A stretch of 63,978 nucleotides of DNA, filler included, from Octopus bimaculoides (taxonomy: Eukaryota): NCBI RefSeq assembly GCF_001194135.2. It is 4 parts of 4 records of this genome, joined end to end, with 100 filler letters (N's around TTAATTAATTAA, not from the genome) between each part and the next. Parts side by side here need not be neighbours in the genome. Positions count along the whole stretch, not along the records: positions 1 to 30,284 come from NC_068984.1; 3 more parts are not named here. One strand, given 5' to 3'. Position 1 is the stretch's first letter. Every line of letters starts with the position of its first letter. This document shows, in pieces, positions 1 through 12,000 of the stretch. The notes beneath the pieces are model-generated. The model saw only the letters and a program-made list of their open reading frames with translations, was not told the origin of the DNA and made no database searches. Position numbers and translations under genes: made by a program.

Positions 1-42
<42 letters not shown>

Positions 43-284
43 CTTCACGCGCGTACGCACAGATTTGACTTCGCCATGTCAACAAACTTCAAAATTGGTA
101 AAAGTTTATCGATTTTTACAGCTATACGCGGGTGCCTCTGAGAGAAAAATTTCGCTAAAATGCACATAAAGTCATGACACATCACCTCCTAAAATTGGAG
201 CGACATGCGTGCTAATTTGTGGACGTGCATAAACCACATTCACGTACACACACACGCAAACATCGTCTGTTTTATAGATATTGA
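1..284 (-). mobile_element. Helitron-like non-autonomous element, 5' end followed by (GA)n
   Basis: Minus strand begins A|TCAATATCTATAAAAC, resembling the Helitron A|TC + AT-rich start. It runs into a (GA)n tract, the same layout as the Helitron at 33758. No coding support. Confidence 0.4.
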
Positions 285-308
285 TAATAGTAATAAACAT
301 TATCATTA

Positions 309-530
309 AGGTGACGAGCTGGCTGAATCATTAGCGCGTCAGGAAAAATGCTTAGCAGTATCTCGGCTGTCTTAAGATTCTGTATTCAAATTCCGCCGAC
401 GTTTGACTTTGCCTTTCATCCTTTTGAGTCAATAAATTAAGTACCAGTGATATACTAGGGTTGATGTAATCGACTAGTCCCCTCCCCTAAATTTCAGTCC
501 TTGTACCTATAGTAGAAAGGATTATTATTA
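309..530 (+). mobile_element. tRNA-headed SINE family A (MetaSINE-like core) with (TTA)n tail
   Basis: Head GGTGACGAGCTGGCTGAATC, core TTTGCCTTTCATCCTTTTGAGTCAATAAATTAAGTACCAG, then AGAAAGGATTATTATTA. More than 10 related copies occur in the window. Confidence 0.8.
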
Positions 531-551
531 TTATTACTATTATTATTATTA

Positions 552-583
<32 letters not shown>

Positions 584-1155
584 GAGTGAGAGAGCAGATC
601 ATGCCATCTAAGTGACACTGGGGTACAAATATACAAAGCCCAATATACCCATCATGACTGCCCGTCTGATAAGGATAGACCAGGCACATGTATCACAACC
701 ATATGTGCACAACATGGTGACCTTATATCAAGATAAACAGTGCATGACCTTCCAAATGGGACCCTATTAGAATTTTCTTGAAGTTGAGTAGCCCATCCAC
801 TCAAAAGATGAGCAAAACACCCATGTTTCCAGAGGTGAATTATTCAAACCCCAAAGAATTCCTTTCAACACATGGCTATGATGCTCCCCCACTTCTCCTG
901 CTTGTGCTCAGAGATGCACATATTGTTAACCACTAAGGGACATGCTCAACTGGTTAAAGTCAAGTGACTGACAAATTTGTGGTTTTGAGTAGAGTATTTG
1001 CTGTAGCCCATCTTTTTATATCAAGACGAAACGTGTCCATGATAACACTTCCAATCAGTTGAGATTAGAAACCATGAGAGTCACTACCTGGTACTGCATC
1101 AGGGCATTAATCAGAAGCCATGTGAGCCACTTCCTGGTACTGCATCAGGGCACTA
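584..1155 (-). repeat. Interspersed retro-element remnant with (AAT)n tail at its left end; about 47-bp tandem duplication at 1070-1155
   Basis: Abuts the (TTA)n tract at 520-583. CCTGGTACTGCATCAGGGCA occurs twice. Family not determined. Confidence 0.45.
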
Positions 1156-1368
1156 TCATCATCTTTATAGGGTGGCATATTGGCAGAATTGTTAGAAAGT
1201 TGGACAACTTGTCCCTTGCTTTATTTGTTTCAGTGCTTTACATTTTGAGTTTCAATTCTGATTAGGTCAATTTACCTTTCAGTGTTCTGGGGTTAATGAA
1301 ATAAAGTACCAGCCAAGAACTAGAGTTCAAGATATTGACTTTTCCCTCCCCTCAAAATTACTGGCCTT

Positions 1369-1580
1369 GGCGGTGAACTGGCAGAACCATTAGCATGCCG
1401 GACAAAATTCTTAGTGATATTTTGTCTGCCGCTATGTTCTGAGTTCCACCGTGATCGACTTTGCCTTCCATCCTTTTGGGGTTGATAAATTAAGTACCAG
1501 TGAAACACTGGGGTCAACGTAATTGACTAATCCCGTCTCCACAAATTTCAGGCCTTGTACCTATGGTAGAAAGAATTATT
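1369..1580 (+). mobile_element. SINE family A copy
   Basis: GGCGGTGAACTGGCAGAACCATTAGC...CCTTCCATCCTTTTGGGGTTGATAAATTAAGTACCAG...AGAAAGAATTATT. Confidence 0.8.
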
Positions 1581-1676
1581 ATTTATTACTGATGCAACAG
1601 TCATTATATTGTCAATCTTGGGCATTCTTTTGAGTAATTACTATAATTAAAACTGGAATGATTTCTTCTTCTGTAG

Positions 1677-1837
1677 GAATGTAACGTCACTGAGCCTGCA
1701 AGTTTAGTGTTGATGAAGAAAGCTGGAATGGCTGAAGGGAAGAGCAATGTGCATTCAGGCCTGCTTGATATCCTTCCATGTGAAGGTACATTGACACCCT
1801 ATGAGAAAATACTTGTTGCTTTCTTATTCAAACCTAG
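1677..1837 (+). CDS. CFAP47: CFAP47-like exon A (ECNVTEPA...LDILPCEGTLTPYEKILVAFLFKP)
   Basis: ctgtag| acceptor, |gtaaga donor, 161 nt, ends phase 2. Confidence 0.85.
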
Positions 1838-2012
1838 GTAAGACAAAAAAAAAGAGAAGGTTATTCGTTGCTTAACATTGGTTATGTTGAATTCATTGTT
1901 TTGTTTCTGAAAAGTTTGTAACAATAACTACTAGGGGAATCCCTGCCTTGCTGGATATTTTTTCCTTGATGTACATATATACATCTGCAAACACACACAC
2001 ACATATATAAGC

Positions 2013-2064
<52 letters not shown>

Positions 2065-2744
2065 ATGTATCATCATCATCATCGTCGTCATTTAACGTCC
2101 GCTTTCCATGCTAGCACGGATTGGACGATTTGACTGAGGACTGGTGGACCAGGAGGTGACACTAGGCTCCAATCTGATTTGGCAGAGTTTCTACAGCTGG
2201 ATGCCCTTCCTAACACCAACCACTCTGAGAGAGAAAGATAGGCAGACACATATTTATACATCATCATCATCTCGTGTCCATCTAGAGTTCTTTTTGTTAG
2301 CTTGTTGTTACAGCCATTATTGTTGTTTAACACCAGGCCAATGTTAGCCAAGCAGATCTATGATCAAAGACATTCCCGACATGACCATCCTGTCTTTTTA
2401 GGTTTATATAGGGCTGCATTATCTAATATATCCTTTCCTAGTGTGAAGATGGTAGAGTATGATTCGAGGGAAACACCAGTCATTAAGCTGATGGCATACT
2501 AGACTGTTAAAATGTCATTGATTCCCATGACCCAAACAATTATAACTGCCTGGCTCTTTTTTTGGTTCTGGGTAGATTCTGATAAGTGAAACAGTTTGTT
2601 TTCCTAAGCAGTAGTTGCAGTCTTAATTTCAAATAATGTGTGAATATAAACAGTCAAAGACTCAGGTATACACACACACACACATTTAGAGAGAGACACA
2701 GAGAGAGAGTGAGACAGAGACAGGCAGACAAATAGATAGATAAG

Positions 2745-2799
<55 letters not shown>

Positions 2800-2819
2800 G
2801 TAGATTGGTATATAGATAT

Positions 2820-2880
<61 letters not shown>

Positions 2881-4480
2881 CATAAAATGGAAGAGAGAGA
2901 GAGAGAAAGATAGGCAAGCATATCAGTAGATAAAGAGAGATAGAGATAAGTCACATATATATATAATGCAAGATTATGAGGCAAAGACAAAATAAACAAA
3001 TCATAAACAGTGTCAGACAAGTGAAACTCAATGACTAAAAAAATATAGCAATTTAAAGTAAAGAAAAGAAAGAAACAAAGAAATGTATAATATTGAATTT
3101 AAGACATCTGTTTATATGCCAGAATTAGAATATATATATATGTATATATANNNNNNNNNNNNNNNNNNNNNNNNNNNNNNNNNNNNNNNNNNNNNNNNNN
3201 NNNNNNNNNNNNNNNNNNNNNNNNNNNNNNNNNNNNNNNNNNNNNNNNNNNNNNNNNNNNNNNNNNNNNNNNNNNNNNNNNNNNNNNNNNNNNNNNNNNN
3301 NNNNNNNNNNNNNNNNNNNNNNNNNNNNNNNNNNNNNNNNNNNNNNNNNNNNNNNNNNNNNNNNNNNATTACGGAGATGTACTTGCATAGCAAGTGACCT
3401 GATCTGAGATCGTGTGCTGGAACGAAAACAATTGCAGCGTGGAAGGTGTTTATAAGCCATTTAAAATAACACAAAATCCGTTAGATTCACTTCAACATTT
3501 AAATTTAATTTGTCAAAATATTTTCGTCGCTTTGAGACCGCGACCTGTTCACTGACAAAATTCTGTGCTGCATCTGAGAAAGTAATACTTAGTTCATGAT
3601 ATATATGTACATGTGTATGTATGTATGTATGTACATATGTATATATGTGCATGTACATGTGTGCGCGTACGCATCTGTGTACATGCGTATGCATGTGTGC
3701 ATGCCTATACGCATGTATGTATATATGTATGTATGTGCGCATGCACGTATGTACTTATGGATGTACATGAGTAATAGGGTAAGTGTGTAGACGTGTTTGT
3801 GTGTGTGTGTGTGTGTGTACATATGTATGTACATGTGAACGTATGTACATGTATGTACATGTTCCTTTCACCGAACATTTTTGTATATTCGGAATCTACA
3901 TAATAAGTAATATATGCATAGAAAATTTCATTAAAAAATATTCATTTTTCTGAAAGTTGTGACCTTCCAAAGTCGGTGGGTACAACTCTGTAGTTATGCC
4001 ACATTGACGAACGTGAATGATTGTGTTTACTTGCACGTGTATGCGTTCGAGAGAGCGAGAGATGAAGAGGGAGAGATAGAGAACAGGAGCAATGTGTGTG
4101 TTGTTGTCACATATTACGTATGTGTGGTTGTGTGTGTTTTTACGTATCAATGTTATGAAAAATAGCTAAAGAATACTGAGAAGAAAGTTTAATCTATGAC
4201 GTTGTATGTATCACTTTCTCTCTCAGTTGAGCACGTGTGTAAGAACGCTGTTCCAGGTAGAAGGGAAAAAATATAAAAGTTGCTAGAAACAACAGCCAAA
4301 TCTCCCTTAAATCACACAAAGTAAACGGAATTTAAAAAATCTAATTACTGCACTGGAAAGTTCAGATCGAGAAAATTCCATTGATGTAAAAATTTTTACA
4401 AAAAGTGGAAAATGTGGATTTCTATAAACTTTCAAAAAGGCTTCACACAGACACACAACTTCAGCTTTATATATTAAGAT

Positions 4481-4511
<31 letters not shown>

Positions 4512-4676
4512 NNNNNNNNNNNNNNNNNNNNNNNNNNNNNNNNNNNNNNNNNNNNNNNNNNNNNNNNNNNNNNNNNNNNNNNNNNNNNNNNNNNNNNNNN
4601 NNNNNNNNNNNNNNNNNNNNNNNNNNNNNNNNNNNNNNNNNNNNNNNNNNNNNNNNNNNNNNNNNNNNNTATATAT

Positions 4677-4732
<56 letters not shown>

Positions 4733-5188
4733 GTATATATATATGTGTGTGTGTATCTGTTAAAATATGTGACACTTATTCAGTAGCCATGATAAAACTC
4801 CGAGTTTCAGATGCTGGGGTGGCTATGCTGTATCATCACATGGGTTAATTAGAGAAAAAAGATTTTCATGCTAGTCTTCTTATAAAAGTCTTACCTATGT
4901 GAAGGCCGGGCTTTAAATAAGGTCTGCATGGATGAAAGTATTGAAGTCTGTTCTGGCCTGGAGAAAGTAGACCTATGTTTGGGATAAAGTCTAAGCTATG
5001 CTGTGGATATATCATCGAGATCCTCAGTGGTGGTAAGACCTAACAAGTATGAGGTGCATTCAAAAAGTATCAGAATTTATTTTTTCCTGCCAAAACAAAT
5101 CACCTTACTTTGAAATTGTATGGATAATGCCGTACTAAATTCTGGTGCCTCAACTTAAGTACCATATTCATCTGAATCTAAATTTTTG

Positions 5189-5249
<61 letters not shown>

Positions 5250-5946
5250 CATAGATATAGAGATATATTCCTTCCCTAATTTATCTATCCCTCTGCTACC
5301 TACCTCTCTCTGTTCCTCCCATGTGACCAGTGCTCGACCAAGCATGATCTTTCTTTCTTGGCTTGACTACCGCTCACACAACACCTCATTTTCCTGTCTC
5401 TATGTTTGTTGCCATAAGGCTTCCCCTTCACATGCCAGCTTAACTTAACTTGTCTTTTTAATCGAAAGACACCTGTTTTTATTCTTGTTTGTATTTGTAA
5501 TCGTGTAACATCTTCTCCATTTTCTCGTTTTTTTTGTCCATGTTGTCGCACATATTTGCCACTTTCTTCCAAAGATTTAATGTGCTTAGCTTAGATTTTT
5601 GGGGCCTACTAATTTTGAACAGTGTTACAGGCCAAAACTGTAGTGATAATTGGAAGCTTGACTAATGAATAGATAGCCACGAATGTTCTGTCCTGGTTTT
5701 CCTGTCCGTCCTTGCATTGCTCATCTGTCCGTATGTTTTCATTGTTGTCCGTTATCATCATCATCATCATCATCGTTTAATGTCCGCTTTCCATGCTAGC
5801 ATGGGTTGGACGATTTGACTGAGGACTGGTGAAACCGGATGGCAACACCAGGCTCCAATCTAATTTGGCAGAGTTTCTACAGCTGGATGCCCTTCCTAAC
5901 ACCAAGGTATTATCCAATGAATATCCTTGTTGCTTATTTTGATTTT

Positions 5947-6032
<86 letters not shown>

Positions 6033-9000
6033 ACAACTTGCTTTGTCAAAGTAGCATTGAGATATTACCTTGTAACTTTATAATTGTAAATTTTGTTTAT
6101 TTCAGGTGGGAATTATCGCCATTGGGCTGGAAATGTTTGCAGGAACCACCTCCAAGAAGAGACTTTGTGCTCTTTGTAAACTTCAATATTGTTGGAATTC
6201 CATTTCCACCAGAAAATCAACGTAAATTTTTCTCTCACTCTCTCTCTCTTCTTCTTTGTTACTCATTACTCACAGAAGTAAGACAAAAATGTCTCACTCG
6301 TATACAATATCTCATTTCTTCATTCAGTGCGATGTAAATGATGGAATGGCTAAAAGAGAGGATATTTACAGATGAACCAAGGTGGAAGGATGAAAGTATT
6401 GAGAGTAGGATAACTGAAACAGGAAGATTGGAATGACTCAAGGGAAAATGAAAGAAAATGGAAGAAATAGTGTTGGAAGGAGTTATGGAAGAGAGACAGT
6501 GGTGACAGGGTGTAATGGAAGAGGGTAATGGGAGAGAGACATGAATGGTAGCTAGATATTTGCTGGTAAAAGAGGGTGCAAGTGAAGAATAATCATAGAA
6601 ATGGCTAGTCATGTTTGTTAATAATGAGTAACCCAAAAGAGAGGGGATGTTAACTGGCACTATACAAGGAACAATGTCAGCTACTATGAGAATGTGCAAC
6701 TAATGATTAATCTTGCAGATGGGTGACGGTAAACAAGTGATAGACATGAATAGAAATGTGGCCCAAGGGGGAAAAGAGGAGAGGGAATGTTGGTTGGTAG
6801 TATTAGTGGACAAATGGAAGAGTGTATTAGATGCCAATGAATTTACTCAAATATTTTGATGAGAGATATGTATGTGTGTTTGTGTGTGCATATACCAATA
6901 TTAAAAAGGTGCATTGTATTGTATCCCTTTACATCAAAAGGGTAACTTAGCTATTGAATAATAACCAGAGTGAAATAACGAGTTTGTGGGCGAGGGCAAT
7001 ATTATCAACTGAAACCTTTGAAAGCTGTGCTTCAGCATGGCCACAGTCCAATGACTGAGACAAATAGGAGACTTAAAGAGTGTCACTTGTGAAGAGTAAA
7101 TTTTGTAGCTACTTCAAACATATCTAACCATAATGCAGAGACTCCTTTGTTAAGTCAGGCACCACCATGTGTAATGTAAGTGATACCATGACCCTTAAAA
7201 TATATTTCATTTAGGTTGGCTTGTTTTAATTTTAATTTTTATTATTATATTTCACCTATTGCTTTCATCAACGACAGTATTCCATTGCATAAATTCAATG
7301 CTTTAGCATCTATTTCTTGCAGTGTGTGGTGAGGCATAGAGCCAGTCCCTTGTTATAATTATGTATATAATTATGAAATATTTTATATATGTACCATCCT
7401 GAGCGTGACCGTTGCCAGTACCGCCTGACTGGCCTTGTAGGGTTTTCGAGCGAGATCGTTGCCAGTGCCCCTGGACTGGCTCTTGTGCGGGTGGCACATA
7501 AAAGACACCATTTCGAGCATGGGCGTTTTCGTGCGGGTGACACGTAAAAGCACCCACTACACTCTCTGAGTGGTTGGCGTTAGGAAGGGCATCCATCTGT
7601 AGAAACTCTGCCAAATTAGATTGGAGCCTGGTGTAGCCATCCGATTGCACCAGTCCTCAGTCAAATCGTCCAACCCATGCTAACATGGAAAGCGGACGTT
7701 AAACGATGATGATGATGATGATGAATTGTTTTGAAGGTGGCAGAATTGTTAGCACAAGGTCAACTTTGCCTTTTATCCTTTCGGGATCAATAAAATAAGT
7801 ATCTTGGAAACACGGGGGTCGATGTAATCGACTGGTACCCCACCTTCAAATTTCAGGCCTTGTACCTTCAGTTAAAAGGAATATTAATTGTTTTGAAGGT
7901 GATGAGCTGATAGAGTCATTAACACACTGGGCAAAATGCTTAGTGACATTTCATTCACCCTTACATTCTGAGTTCAAATTCCACCGAGGTCAACTTTGCC
8001 TTTCATCCTTTTGGGGGTCAATGAAATAAGTACCAGTTGTGCATTGGGGTCAATGAAATAAGTACCAGTTGTGCACTGGGGTCAATGTAATCAACTAGTC
8101 CCCCTCCCCAAAGTTTCAGACCTTGTGCCTATAATAGAAAGGATTATTAATTGTTTTGACTGATCTTTTTTGTTTTTTGGGACGGGACAAGTTGTTTGCA
8201 TTTTGTTTTCATTTTTTTTTTAATCATTTTTTTTTCTCAACTTTCTCTCAATCTCCTTCACTTCACTTGCAGCTAAGCATGGACTAGAAGTACCAATAAC
8301 AGGTACAGCTCTACCAGTATTACTGAGCCTTGAACCAGAGAAGTATGACTTCGGTTCCTGTGCTGTTGGAATGAGATCAGAAACAGAAACGATTCTATTA
8401 AATTACTCACCTGTACTCCCTGCAAATTACCATTTTCATAATGGTGCTCATTTCAGGGCCCATCCTCATAAAGGAATACTTCAACCTGGGCAACAAGAAA
8501 GAATCACCTTCTCATTCATACCAAAGCAAATAGGTAAGTTGATCAGTTTTGTTATTATTTCATTATAAAATGGTGGCAAGCTGGCAGAATCGTTAGCACA
8601 CCAGGCAAACTACTTAGCAACATTTCTTCCATCCTTATTTATGTTCTGTGTTCAAATTCCACTGAGGTCAATTTCGACTTTATTCCTTTCAGAATCGATG
8701 AGATAAATATCATTCGAACACTAGGGTCGATGTAATCAACTTACCCCTTCCCCCAAAGTTTCAGGCTTGTGCCTACAGCAGAAAGGATTATTTCGTTATA
8801 AAGAAATGATTATTATTAGAATTGTTAGGCCATCAGACCAAATACCTTCTGATATTTCTTCCACTTTTCTAAGTTCTGAGCTCAAATTGCACCAAGGTCA
8901 ACTTTGCTTTTCGTCCCTCTAGGGTCGATAAATTAAGTGCTGGTCACATGCTAACATAGATTATATCACCTAACTCCTTCCCTCGAAAGATTGCTGACTA

Positions 9001-12000
9001 TGCTTAAATTAGAAACAATTATTATAATTATTATATATCATAATAAAGAAATGACTGTCATCAGAGTCATTAAAATATTGAACAAAAATACCCAGTAATA
9101 ATATATGTCTTTACATTCTGAATTAAGATATCACCTAGGGTGACTATATCTTTCATCCTTTTGGGTTTGAGAAAATAAGCACAAGTCAAGCCCTGGACAT
9201 ATTCAATCAACCACTTCTTACCCTCAAAATTTTCAGCTTTGTGCCTTAGTAAAAAGTACATTATTTTTATTACCATTAAGATGACAAGCAGGCCAAATCA
9301 TTAGAATGTCAGGGAAATGCTTAATGGCATTTGATCTGTCTTTATGTTCTAAGTTCAAATTCCACCAAATGTAACCCTTTATCATTTAACCTGGCCATAT
9401 CAGGCCCAAATATTCCAGTTGTTTTATGATTGAATGGCCAAATTTGGTTTCTCACATCTACCCTACAATATCATTCTAAAAATAAACAGTCATATCATCA
9501 GAATCTTGAAGCTGTGAGATAATGCATGATTAATTCAAAACAATCTGGAAAGTTAATATTGAATTTGACTGAATAATCTGAAAGCTAACAGATCAATCTC
9601 ATCATTTTCACGAGTCACTGTGAGTCAGTGAGTGTTACTGTTGCAATCCTGGGGAATTGACATAGTTGTTTGAGTGTTGGATAAAATAGATGGCCTCTGT
9701 GAGCATTGAGTTCACAAAACAACAAAAATCAAATCTGCCTTTCTGGATTGATAGGAAAAAAAAATACCAATCCAAAATGGTGAAATTGAGGAACAGTAAA
9801 AACATCAAACCAACTCTGTTCCAACTCTGCATTTTGAGTTCAAATCCCACTGTGTTCCACCTCTGTGGTAGACTTGATTTGTCACTCAGTTTAATATCAC
9901 TACTAGGCCTCTTGAGTACTTTTAGTGGAGCCTACTCTGTTGCAAGCATCCAAGTCAGATTTCTTGCTTGAGGATAACTTCTTCCTTATTTCCTCACAAT
10001 CTCATTGACTCTGTAAAGGGTCATAGGCCATGCCTTCCCTCCTGACTAAAGGAAAAATGAAACATTTCTTCTAAATCAATCCAACCAGATAAAAATAAAA
10101 TCACCTTATCTTATTAACCCCCTCTCACACCTCCCTTATAATGTCATTCTCAAAATATACAAACTCACCTTGTGGTAAGTAGCTTGCTTACCAACCACAT
10201 GGTTCCAGGTTCATTCCCACTGCATGGCACCTCGGGCTAGTGTCTTCTACTATAGCCTCGGGCCGACCAAAGCCTTGTGAGTGGATTTGGTAGACGGAAA
10301 CTGAAAGAAGCCCGTCATATATATGTATATATATATATATNNNNNNNNNNNNNNNNNNNNNNNNNNNNNNNNNNNNNNNNNNNNNNNNNNNNNNNNNNNN
10401 NNNNNNNNNNNNNNNNNNNNNNNNNNNNNNNNNNNNNNNNNNNNNNNNNNNNNNNNNNNNNNNNATATGTATGTTTGTGTGTATATGTGTTTGTGTGTCT
10501 GTGTTTGTCCCCCTAGCATTGCTTGACAACCGATGCTGGTGTGCTTACGTCCCCGTACCTTAGCGGTTCAGCAAAAGAGACTGATAGGATAAGTACTAGG
10601 CATCCAAAGAATAAGTCCTGGGGTCGATTTGCTCGACTAAAGGCGGTGCTACAGCATGGCCGCAGTCAAATGACTGAAACAAGTAAAAGAGTAAAGAGTA
10701 AATAAGCATTACATTTGACAGAGTAATCTGAATGCTAAAGGGTTCATCATTTTCTGGATAGCTACTAATATCATTGTACTATAATACAAGATTAGGCAAT
10801 GTGCTTCTTTTATTCTATGATTATTTATTAATTTTTTGATTAATACTTTATACAAATCACTTATCCTAAGCTTAATTTTACTTTCTTTTTTTATCTCTTT
10901 TTTCACCACCATCACCTCTATGACAGGTACTCTACAATCAAAAAATGTTCTGCAAGTTCAGGAAAACATATCTTCCTTACACAGTCATGGTAATCCTTTA
11001 AGTATACAGAAATTCAAAAGTGGCTTCCCATACTATGTCTCTCCAAAAATCATTTATTCTGCAGATATACAAATGCAAGGCTTTGGTGTAATGAAACCAC
11101 TTGATAAAAATCCTAAATTTAATATGGGTATGTCATTTGAGATTTTACAGCCAGTTTGTATTTATTTTGTTTTTCTACTCTAAATCCTTCAGACATGATA
11201 AGTATGGTCTATATTTCAATGTTTTGTTTTGTGTTGTATTTCAGAAGACATTTCAAATGAGAGGTGTAATTAAGGAAACTTGTAGATGAGAAAGCACAAA
11301 AAAAAATAAATGAAACACAGTTGCATTGCTGAAGACTCAGTTTTCAGAGCTTCATTCTGTCATATCTCAGAGAGTGTGTAGAACACATTGCAAGTAAAAC
11401 GCCTCATGCTTCTCAACCAGAGACAGAGAAGCAGAGTAAAGAGGTATTGGAACTTTATCAAGAACACCCTACACCATAGGGGTTCTCAACCATTCTTTAT
11501 CTATGGACCCCTTTGATAATTACTTTATTCTGGTGAACCCCCATGGCCATTCAATGTTTAGAAACTAGTTTTATAGGTACTTCTTTCAAAATTCTTAAAC
11601 TGAGCTACAGGTTTTTGGGGATAAACTTGATGATAGTTTTGTCTCCTTTTTTCAGGAACAGCTTGAATGCTGTTTGAGAGTACAAACATTATAATTACAG
11701 TTGAGAAAAAGTTAGTTAACACAGAGTACTGGAAACCATCTGAATACTGGGAAAAAAAATTACTTATATGATGATGATTCACACTGGGTATCAAAATGTC
11801 GACATTATGACTGCTGCTCAATGCTCTGTAAACACTGTAAAGGCTCTGAGAAGTGACATGGGAATCATGAAAACAAGGTTACCTCAAAATGCGATGGTCT
11901 TTGTGCCTGTCTCTAGTGAGGGTGATATCATGACTCCCATCTTTGAACAGAGCCTTAGGCTCAATTTAAACAGCTGGAGACTGTGATCAAATCCTGGTTG

